Source: Nitrospirota bacterium
GTDB taxonomy: Bacteria; Nitrospirota; UBA9217
Assembly (NCBI GenBank): GCA_963754875.1
Contig: CAVWHO010000006.1
Coordinates: forward strand, 1-11,354
Length of the DNA: 11,354 nucleotides
Direction of reading: 5' to 3'
Position numbers and translations under genes: made by a program. The notes under the pieces were generated by a model. It saw only the letters and a list, made by a program, of their open reading frames with translations, had not been told where the DNA came from and did no database searches. Shown in pieces: positions 1 to 6,557 of this stretch. The stretch's first letter is position 1; each line of letters starts with the position of its first letter.

Positions 1-13
1 TTTTATTTTGGTG

Positions 14-865
14 TCACGACTTCCCTCGCACCAGATTGCTGATCGTTGAATAATGCATATTCAAATGAGCAGCTATCAGCTGCTGGGTGTAGCCGTATTT
101 CTGCACGGCATCAATAATCCTCTTGTCTCGTTTCTTCTTGTCCAGGATCACCTGTTTCGGAAATATCTTATCGAGAGACGGTCTGTTCACATAGCGATGA
201 CTCTTGGGTATTTCAGGAATGTTCTGGTGTTTCTTGATATGGGAGATGAGTCCCTCCACAAAATCGTCTTCACCCAGAATAGACTCTCCTTTTACCTCTC
301 TCCAGATAGACTCCTTGCCGATCCCCCATTCGACGAATTGTCGGTATTCCTGCTCGGCCTTGGCCCTCTTTCGACTGAATTGTCCAAGGACCCAATCCGT
401 GGTCAGGCACGGCGGCGGAAATTCCCGCCCCGCTGTGGCGCGGTAGCTGGACCATTTCCAGGCTTCTGGTCGTTCAACCATCCGTGCCCGGACGGGATTT
501 AACACCACGTACCTGCATACTTCGAGAAGATGGCTGTCTTTTTGGATGAGGATGGACTTGTACCTCCCCTGGAACAGATGACCTGTCCGCTGATGTCGTT
601 TATTGAAGAGCTGCGTATAGACCCCGTTTAACTGCCGCATACCCAGGGACAGATTGCCGTCAGGCGTCTCGATCAGGAGGTGATAGTGATTGTCCATCAG
701 GCAGTAGGCATGACAGAGCCAATTATACCGCTTGTTGACGTGCTGGAGCGTGTTCAGGAAGTTGATGCGGTCCTGCTCGTCTTTGAAAACGGCCATCTTT
801 TCATTGCCTCGGGAAGTGATGTGATAAACGGCACCGGCGTATTCTATGCGGAGGGGGCGGGTCAT
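14..865 (-). CDS. HUH/Y1 tyrosine transposase (RAYT / TnpA-REP, IS200-like) with C-terminal HTH
   Basis: Intact 283 aa ORF. N-terminus MTRPLRIEYAGAVYHITSRGN, HUH motif MDNHYHLL, HLFQGRYKS, YVVLNPVRA and WSSY motifs typical of RAYT-like Y1 transposases. C-terminal HTH-like segment YTQQLIAAHLNMHYSTISNLV. Confidence 0.92.
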   Translation of the reverse strand: MTRPLRIEYAGAVYHITSRGNEKMAVFKDEQDRINFLNTLQHVNKRYNWLCHAYCLMDNHYHLLIETPDGNLSLGMRQLNGVYTQLFNKRHQRTGHLFQGRYKSILIQKDSHLLEVCRYVVLNPVRARMVERPEAWKWSSYRATAGREFPPPCLTTDWVLGQFSRKRAKAEQEYRQFVEWGIGKESIWREVKGESILGEDDFVEGLISHIKKHQNIPEIPKSHRYVNRPSLDKIFPKQVILDKKKRDKRIIDAVQKYGYTQQLIAAHLNMHYSTISNLVRGKS

Positions 866-871
866 GTTGCG

Positions 872-900
872 AAGTTATCACAGAAAAGGGAGAATGTCAA
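872..900 (-). promoter_or_regulatory. Putative sigma70 promoter of the transposase (probably leaderless mRNA)
   Basis: Minus strand TTGACA (900-895), 17 nt spacer, TAACTT (877-872) preceded by TGn. The predicted +1 falls at about the ATG (865), and there is no Shine-Dalgarno. Confidence 0.55.
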
Positions 901-945
901 AATAAAAGACCTGACCCTAAGATGTCCCAAAGGGCGTCGGCAGAA

Positions 946-1090
946 TCAAGCTATCTTTCTGCCCTGCAGAAATTCTTCAGGCGAAAGGACTCGAATATTG
1001 CCATGTCGCTTGACCGATAAAAAGCGCTTGTCGCCCGTGATGATGATCTTTGCATTCGCTGCGGCACTCGATGAATTTATCGTCGTCAGG
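946..1090 (-). pseudogene. C-terminal half of a PIN-domain (VapC-like) toxin
   Basis: Manual translation gives PDDDKFIEC, then after a frameshift AAANAKIIITGDKRFLSVKRHGNIRVLSPEEFLQGRKIA* (stop 946-948). This matches the PIN toxin C-terminal pattern DPDDDKF.ECA...IVTGDK.LL...I.SP.EFL. Absent from the ORF track. Confidence 0.8.
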
Positions 1091-1120
1091 GATACCCAAA
1101 AACGGTGTTGCATCAGGCGC

Positions 1121-1510
1121 TCAATGAACGCCTATCTTTTTTTCAACGAACGTCCGCACTTCCCGGACAAGGGCTAGAGCTGCTTCGCGGTCAAGATGCG
1201 TTTCAACGGGCAGATCTTCGTAGCGGAACAGCGTTCCGTAAGCGGTCAGGAGATCGAGGTCAACAAGTAAGGACGGTAGCGGGTGTCCGGCGTCAGCCAG
1301 GAGATCCATCAATAAACGAAGATTGTGTGTGCGGGGAAAAGGAATGTCAAGTTCAGAGAGGAGCGCCTTGAGGGACTTTTCTGCGGCTTGTTAGGCATGA
1401 AATCCAAAGATCTCATTGCTGATCCTGGCGGCTGAGACCACCTCGGCGAGCAGCGCTTCGTCCTCTGCGGCCTTTCGCATGAACAAGAGCGCCTGCTCAT
1501 GCTGCTTCAT
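1121..1510 (-). pseudogene. HEPN-domain protein of an MNT-HEPN pair, with in-frame TAA at codon 40
   Basis: From ATG 1510 (overlapping the MNT 3' end): MKQHEQALLFMRKAAEDEALL...IFGFHA*QAAEKSLKALL...FPRTHNLRLL...LFRYED...IGVH*. One frame of 130 codons. The stop at 1391-1393 replaces Q in the HEPN motif FHAQQAAEK. Confidence 0.85.
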
Positions 1511-1814
1511 ACAGCACCTTGCCTTCACGGACTGCGTTAAAATAGACATTGCCCGGAGTCGTCTCCCAGTACTCGAACATCTCCCGGCTTACCACCAGCA
1601 GGTCGACGGACATGCGGAGCGGACTCAAAACCCGGTTCAGGCGGGTCATTTCGGCAACACGGTCCTTTACATCGGCCTCCACGATCAACAGATCGACGTC
1701 GCTGTCCTCGCGCGGCTCTCCCCGGCCGTAGGAACCGAAGAGAATGATCTTCCACGGGCGTGCCACGTCCGAGAGGAGCCTCGTTGCCTCCGCTATCTTT
1801 TCCTGTGCGACCAT
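1497..1814 (-). CDS. Minimal nucleotidyltransferase (MNT), putative antitoxin
   Basis: KIILFGSYGRGEPREDSDVDLL contains the GS...DxD pol-beta NTase motif; VDLLVV and REGKVLYE follow. Start placed at ATG 1814, downstream of AGGAGG/GAGGA. 105 aa. Confidence 0.9.
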   Translation of the reverse strand: MVAQEKIAEATRLLSDVARPWKIILFGSYGRGEPREDSDVDLLIVEADVKDRVAEMTRLNRVLSPLRMSVDLLVVSREMFEYWETTPGNVYFNAVREGKVLYEAA

Positions 1815-1818
1815 GTCC

Positions 1819-1923
1819 TCACAGCCTCCTGAACTCATGTGCCGTTTTGCAGGTTAACGCAGCGGCAGATACAAAACGTAGTATGCCTAACGTATCTAGA
1901 ACTACTTTTTGGGTCTTGCCCAT
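1819..1923 (-). pseudogene. N-terminal fragment of a PIN-domain toxin
   Basis: ATG 1923 overlaps the upstream gene's 3' end and reads MGKTQKVVLDT-LGILR-FVSAAAL...* (34 aa). This is a disrupted form of the PIN first-strand motif VVLDTNV(F/L)VSA. Confidence 0.65.
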
Positions 1924-2129
1924 CGGACCGCCTCTTCGGCAACCTGAGAAAGACGTTTTTTACGACCTACGGTCTTGGAGGCATCCCGGTAAATTGCCTT
2001 GGCTGACGGCGCGCGAAAAAGTTCCCTCTCTATGAGAGCGTCCATGATCTCTTTGATCTCCCTGACAGGAAGAGCTGAAAGGCCTTCGATGAGCTTGTTC
2101 TTGGGTAATTTAATCGCCACTTCTGTCAT
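1902..2129 (-). CDS. Small hypothetical protein, putative antitoxin of the PIN toxin
   Basis: 75 aa from ATG 2129 with RBS AGGGGT. Ends in AEEAVRWARPKK and overlaps the PIN toxin start, the usual type II TA layout. Confidence 0.65.
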   Translation of the reverse strand: MTEVAIKLPKNKLIEGLSALPVREIKEIMDALIERELFRAPSAKAIYRDASKTVGRKKRLSQVAEEAVRWARPKK

Positions 2130-2148
2130 AGTGACCCCTGCTGGAAAC

Positions 2149-2177
2149 AGAATAATACAGATGCGGGGAAAAATCAA
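2149..2177 (-). promoter_or_regulatory. Putative sigma70 promoter of the TA locus
   Basis: Minus strand TTGATT, 17 nt, TATTCT, about 20 nt upstream of ATG 2129. Confidence 0.45.
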
Positions 2178-2229
2178 GAAAGACTCTAACAACTGAGACC
2201 GCCGAGGGCCATATCTTTCGACCTAATAT

Positions 2230-2772
2230 TCACACAAGCAGCTTCCTCTCCATCTTCATCCAGATCTTGGCAGTGGTTCGCGCGTCGTGAAGGGCTCGGT
2301 GCATCTCCTTGGGTGGCTTCTTAAAGAACTGCTGATAGAGCGTTCCCAGATCGTGACGTGCCAGGTTGGGGAACATGCTTCTTCCGAGCTTCAAGGTGCA
2401 GAAACAGACGTTGTTCAGATCGAGGTTTAAGAGAGAAAATTCGTGGTTCATGAACCGAACATCGAAACTCGCATTATGCGCCACCAGAAGGCTTTTCTTG
2501 ATAAAGGTATGGAATTTCGGCATGACGAGATCCGCAGTCGGCTGATCTTTCAGCATCTCTTTCGTAATGCCATGCACCGTCTGCGCAAAGGGATTGATGG
2601 GCTGGCTGACCTGTACGAGGCTATGGAACTCATCAACGACCTTGCTCCCCTCTATCGCAACAGCGCCGATCTCGATGACCCGGTCCCCTTGCCGCGTTGA
2701 CAACCCCGTGGTCTCGACATCGAACACCACGGAGCGGTAGCCGCGTTTGCCTTTTGAATCAAGAATCAACAT
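2230..2772 (-). CDS. DEDDh 3'-5' exonuclease (DnaQ / Pol III epsilon-like), stand-alone
   Basis: ExoI FDVETTG, ExoII AHNASFD and ExoIII HRALHDA motifs in an intact 180 aa ORF. Confidence 0.93.
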   Translation of the reverse strand: MLILDSKGKRGYRSVVFDVETTGLSTRQGDRVIEIGAVAIEGSKVVDEFHSLVQVSQPINPFAQTVHGITKEMLKDQPTADLVMPKFHTFIKKSLLVAHNASFDVRFMNHEFSLLNLDLNNVCFCTLKLGRSMFPNLARHDLGTLYQQFFKKPPKEMHRALHDARTTAKIWMKMERKLLV

Positions 2773-2825
2773 GATTGCCTTAAGTAAGAAATATGAAAAC
2801 GATAAAAAACGACGTACTTACCACG

Positions 2826-2854
2826 AGAATAGGACAATTCGGGGGAAAACGCAA
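2826..2854 (-). promoter_or_regulatory. Putative sigma70 promoter of the exonuclease gene
   Basis: Minus strand TTGCGT, 17 nt, TATTCT, upstream of an AT-rich leader. Confidence 0.35.
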
Positions 2855-2972
2855 GCTAATCGATAAGGGATTTTTCAAATGCGGATTGCGGAATTGTTAA
2901 AACGGACAGCGACCCCGGTAGGGCCAAGTCTTTCTCCGTGCATTGCATCCGACAGCGCCGCGATTTCCGCTG

Positions 2973-3008
2973 CCCCCTCACCTCAGTCCTCTCCCCGAAA
3001 GGCGAGGA
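2973..3008. repeat. Degenerate REP-like palindrome (CCCTCACC..CCTCTCCC..GAGG type)
   Basis: CCCCCTCACCTCAGTCCTCTCCCCGAAAGGCGAGGA, with imperfect stem TCCTCtCC / GGcGAGGA. Intergenic. Confidence 0.5.
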
Positions 3009-3027
3009 TGAAGATGTTGGGCGAAAT

Positions 3028-3058
3028 AAAAAAGACGGGAAGCCGATTGCCTCCCGTC
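3028..3058 (-). terminator. Rho-independent terminator of the che cluster
   Basis: Minus strand GACGGGAGGC-AATCG-GCTTCCCGTC-TTTTTT: 10 bp stem with one G-U pair and a U6 tail, about 30 nt after the cheY stop. Confidence 0.88.
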
Positions 3059-3090
3059 CTTCGTTTTGACTTATGGTGTCTTGTTCCCTA

Positions 3091-3468
3091 TCACTTATTC
3101 CCCAGGATCCCGTTGACCACGCTCAACAGGTCCGCGGTCTGGATGGGCTTGGGGATGTAGGCGTTGGCGCCGAGGGCGAGTCCCCGCTTGCGGTCCTCCT
3201 CTGCTCCTTCGGTCGTAATGATGATGATCGGGATGGTCTTGTGCGCGGGATCGTTCCGCACCATGGAGACGAGCTTCAGACCGTCCATGATGGGCATGTT
3301 GATGTCCGTCAGGATGATGTCGAATTTCTGGGTCGAAAGCTTCTTGAGCGCGTCGATGCCGTCGTTGGCCTCGACGATCTTGCTGCCCGGAATGCGCTTC
3401 AAGGCAAAGGAGATCAACTGCCGCATCGTCGGGGAGTCTTCAACCACCAGAAAATTGTACTCGGGCAT
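3091..3468 (-). CDS. cheY: Single-domain response regulator, CheY-like
   Basis: 125 aa receiver domain: LVVEDS, phosphoacceptor in LTDINMPIMDG, IITTEG, YIPKP. Located in a che cluster. Confidence 0.9.
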   Translation of the reverse strand: MPEYNFLVVEDSPTMRQLISFALKRIPGSKIVEANDGIDALKKLSTQKFDIILTDINMPIMDGLKLVSMVRNDPAHKTIPIIIITTEGAEEDRKRGLALGANAYIPKPIQTADLLSVVNGILGNK

Positions 3469-3482
3469 GGGCTAACCTCCGT

Positions 3483-4310
3483 TTATTTTTCCTTGAGCAG
3501 ATCGAGAAAGCTCTGGATCGTCGTCAATTTACGCTCGGACTGCGAATAGAGCTTCGAAGAAAAGAGCGCCGTGGCCGCATGGCCGGCGAGCATCGAGAAC
3601 AGTTCGTAGTCTACGTTCGAAAATTGCTGTTTCTGGACCAGGAGCTTGTAGATGACGATAACGCCGATGACGTGTTCTTTGATTTTGAGCGGGATGACGA
3701 CCAGGGGGTGAAGATAATCCACGCCAACGAGGTCCGTGGGGTCTCCCTCGCGGTAGAACGACTCGCCCGCTCGCGCGGCGGCCCCGATGGTCCCCTCCCC
3801 CAGCTTGACGCTGGCCCGGGCCTCGGGTCCCATGCCTTCCTGGGCAACGATCGTGAGCTCGTTCGTCTTCTCGTCGAGCATCATGATGGAAAACTCCTCG
3901 GCGCCGATCAGGTTCATGACGATCTCGAGAATGATCTTCAGGGACTCGTTAAAGTCCAGCGTGGAGTGCAACTGGTAGCTGGCGACGTAGAGGTTTGCCA
4001 GGTTGTTGTTTTCCGCCTCGACCTCGATGTACCGGTTGGCAAAGTCCTTGTTCTCCTCCTCGACCACACGGTAGCGCTCGATGAGGCTTCTGTTCTCATC
4101 TTCGAGGAATTTGATCCGCTCTTCCATCGAGTGCACCTTATAGGTGCCTTCGCGATCTGAAAACTTGGTGACTTCCTCAAGCTGGGCAAGGCGGTACCGG
4201 AGTTTCTCGTTCTCCTTAAGCAGCTCCTGGGTGAATTCCTCGCCTTTTTTGAATACCTGGAGGAATTCTTCAACCTTTTTTGATATCGGTGCGGGTTCTT
4301 TTTCCATCAT
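3483..4310 (-). CDS. Coiled-coil + GAF domain protein
   Basis: E/K/L-rich heptad N-terminal half, then LHSTLDFNESLKIILEIVMNLIGAEEFSIMMLD...GEGTIG...IPLKIKEHVIGVIVI...DYELFSMLAGHAATAL (GAF signature). RBS AGGAGGGG directly upstream. Confidence 0.85.
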   Translation of the reverse strand: MMEKEPAPISKKVEEFLQVFKKGEEFTQELLKENEKLRYRLAQLEEVTKFSDREGTYKVHSMEERIKFLEDENRSLIERYRVVEEENKDFANRYIEVEAENNNLANLYVASYQLHSTLDFNESLKIILEIVMNLIGAEEFSIMMLDEKTNELTIVAQEGMGPEARASVKLGEGTIGAAARAGESFYREGDPTDLVGVDYLHPLVVIPLKIKEHVIGVIVIYKLLVQKQQFSNVDYELFSMLAGHAATALFSSKLYSQSERKLTTIQSFLDLLKEK

Positions 4311-4429
4311 CCCCTCCTGTTGCAGCCGCTCAAGGTGCAGGTGTCTCTGTGGTGGGCCTTTTCATACAAGACAGGAGCGCGACCAATGATCAACCGCGCG
4401 CCCCGCTGAAGATACGAACGATAGGAGCA

Positions 4430-4458
4430 ATTATAGTCGAGTATGAAAAAATTATCAA
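4430..4458 (-). promoter_or_regulatory. Near-consensus internal sigma70 promoter for the GAF gene and cheY
   Basis: Minus strand TTGATA (4458-4453), 17 nt, TATAAT (4435-4430), in an AT-rich patch about 120 nt upstream of the GAF gene. Confidence 0.75.
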
Positions 4459-5560
4459 GAAAGAATTCTCTCGAGTTCCTTCCGTCTGCGGCCCTCCCGG
4501 GGTTGCATCGCAGCACGATTTCCCGGGCCATCTCGCCCAGCGGCAGCACCTTGTCAATAACGCCCGTTCGGATGGCCTCCTGCGGCATGCCGAAGACCAC
4601 GGCGCTTTCTTCGCTCTCCGCCAGGCACAGACCTTTCTCCTTTTTTATGGCGAGCACGCCCTCAACGCCGTCCTTGCCCATCCCGGTCAAAACGACGCCG
4701 AGCACGGCAGGCCCGCAGGCCTCGGCGACCGATACCATCATCCGGTCGGCGGACGGCACATACATGTCGGAGGGGTCCCGGGGGACCAGGTCGGTGGTGA
4801 GCCCTTTGCGGTCCTGTTTTATGATGAGATGATAGCCGCCGGGCGCGATGAGTACGGTGCCGGGTTTCACGCGGTCGCCTGCTGCCGCCTCGCTGATGCG
4901 TGAGGGCCGAAAGTTTGTTCAGCCGCTCTGCAAAGCTTTTGGTGAATCCCGGCGGCATATGCTGCGAAATCACGATACCTGCGCGCAGATCGGCCGGCAG
5001 CGCCGTCAGAATCGCCTGGAGCGCAGGAGGGCCTCCCGTGGAGGATGCGACAGCCACGACCTCGATCGGCCCGTGCTCTTTCTCCGTTCTTTTCTCCTTC
5101 CGGGTGACAGCCGGCGCGGCCTGCTGCCGGGACAGGAGAGCGATCGTGTCCTTTACCCGCGACATCTGCGTATTCGGACAGCGTGGACCTTGGTCAAAAG
5201 ATCGTCGTGGATGGATTCGATGCTCTTGGAAATACGGGCCTCGGGCTTTGCAAGGAAATCCACGGCGCCGACCTCGAGGGCGCGGAACACGCTCCGGCTG
5301 TCGGACCGGGACGAAAGCACGATCACCGGCGTGGGCCGTTCTTTCATGAGCCACCGGAGAAACGTGAAGCCGTCCATGTTCGGCATCTCAAGGTCGAGCG
5401 TGATCACGTCCGGCAGCAGGCGGAGCGTCTTTGCAATGGCGTCCACGCCGTCGACGGCGCTGCCGACGACCTCGATGCCGGCGTCGCTCGCAAGCATCTT
5501 CGAGATTGCCGTGCGATTATAGGCGGAATCATCAACGACGAGGGCTTTGATTTTTTTCAT
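4455..5560 (-). CDS. cheB: Chemotaxis response regulator / methylesterase CheB (frameshifted in this read; 3' end approximate)
   Basis: Receiver domain ([25 protein letters not shown]) in 5153-5560. Catalytic ASSTGGP and SQHMP in the 4662-5354 frame. PSAD and LTGMGKDG...VFGMP in the 4307-4870 frame. A TGA at 4455-4457 in a shifted frame is a plausible true stop. Confidence 0.9.
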
Positions 5561-5584
5561 GTTGTCATTCCTTCGTAAAAGCTT

Positions 5585-5676
5585 AGGACAGAGGCCTGAG
5601 GGTAAAGTGCTGAGGAGAATCCGTCATCAACCGCTCTTCGCTCAGTCCTGTTTTTTCTCCCTCATTCCTCAGCACT
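5585..5676. repeat. Intergenic inverted repeat built of CTGAG/CTCAG units
   Basis: AGTGCTGAGGA (5606-5616) and TCCTCAGCACT (5666-5676) form a perfect 11 bp inverted repeat. AGGACAGAG (5585-5593) and CTCAGTCCT (5641-5649) match 8/9. Confidence 0.7.
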
Positions 5677-5681
5677 GATCG

Positions 5682-6557
5682 CTAGCCCTCTTCTCCCATC
5701 CGTTTCTGCCTCACGGGTTTCTGGTACACCATGTCGTTCTTAAGCGTGCGGAGCACGAAGGCGTTCGAGATGTTGATCAGGGATTCGGAATGGCCCAGGA
5801 GGAGGTAGCCGCCTTCGCGGAGCTTTTGATAAAAGCTCTCGATGACCTTTTTCTTGGCTTCACGGTCGAAATAGATGATGACGTTGCGGCAAAAAATAAT
5901 GTCCATGTTGCTGATCAGGCTGGTCTTATGGGGATCGAGGAGATTTACTGAGCTGAACGATACCAGCTCCTTGACGCGGTCGATGATGCGGTAATCGTTT
6001 TTTTCATCCTGCACGAAGTATTTCGCCAGCATTTCCGGGCTCGTGGCCCGGTGTGCGCTTTTCTTGTACACGCCTTTGCGCGCCGTGTGCAGCACCCGCT
6101 GGTTGATGTCGCTGCCGAGGATTTCGACCTGCCAGTCCCGCCACCAGTCGCCGGACTCGAGCAGGAGAATGGCGATCGTGTACGGTTCTTCTCCCGTGGA
6201 ACAGCCGGCGCTCCAGATCCTGAGCACCTTGCGGGCTGCGAGGGATTGGCGCAGTTCAGGCAGGATCTCTTCGGAAAAGGCACGGAGCTGCGGGCTCTCG
6301 CGGAAAAAATAGGTTTCGTTGGTGGTGAGATTGTCGACCAGCACGACCAGTTCTTCTTCTCGTTTCCGGTCGTACTTCAGGAAATGGTAGTACTCTTCGA
6401 AGTTTTTGAGCCGGTGCTGTTCGAGCCGGCGGGAAAGCCGGCGCTCGAGCAGGAATTTGGACCCGTCGTCAAAATAAATTCCGCAGTAATCGTGGATGAA
6501 ATCCCGGAGAAGTCTGAAGATATCGTCTGGCAGCGGAATGATCTGCTCTTCGAACAT
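5682..6557 (-). CDS. cheR: Chemotaxis protein-glutamate O-methyltransferase CheR
   Basis: Intact 291 aa ORF with LTTNETYFFRE, RIWSAGCSTGEEPYTIA, GSDIN, DIIFCRNVIIYFD and GGYLLLGHSES. Confidence 0.97.
   Translation of the reverse strand: MFEEQIIPLPDDIFRLLRDFIHDYCGIYFDDGSKFLLERRLSRRLEQHRLKNFEEYYHFLKYDRKREEELVVLVDNLTTNETYFFRESPQLRAFSEEILPELRQSLAARKVLRIWSAGCSTGEEPYTIAILLLESGDWWRDWQVEILGSDINQRVLHTARKGVYKKSAHRATSPEMLAKYFVQDEKNDYRIIDRVKELVSFSSVNLLDPHKTSLISNMDIIFCRNVIIYFDREAKKKVIESFYQKLREGGYLLLGHSESLINISNAFVLRTLKNDMVYQKPVRQKRMGEEG

Larger units (their letters stand above)
1..917 (-). mobile_element. Putative Y1-transposase element with inverted terminal motifs (left end cut by the window edge)
   Basis: TTTTATTTTG (1-10) is the exact reverse complement of CAAAATAAAA (898-907), which continues as GACCTGACCC (908-917). 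The two copies closely flank the transposase ORF. Confidence 0.6.

Noticed and set aside
53..1371. Plus-strand ORFs 53-502, 680-1177 and 1105-1371
   Set aside because: Antisense shadows of the transposase, PIN remnant and HEPN, with no motifs of their own.
1309..1500. ORF starting at the ATGA overlap with the MNT stop
   Set aside because: Wrong frame; the HEPN motifs are in the frame starting at 1510.
2130..2192. N-terminal extension of the 96 aa ORF
   Set aside because: It overlaps a promoter-like sequence, and ATG 2129 has a suitable RBS.
2879..3160. 93 aa plus-strand ORF in the exonuclease-cheY gap
   Set aside because: It runs through a REP-like hairpin, the terminator and the cheY end, with no recognisable domain.
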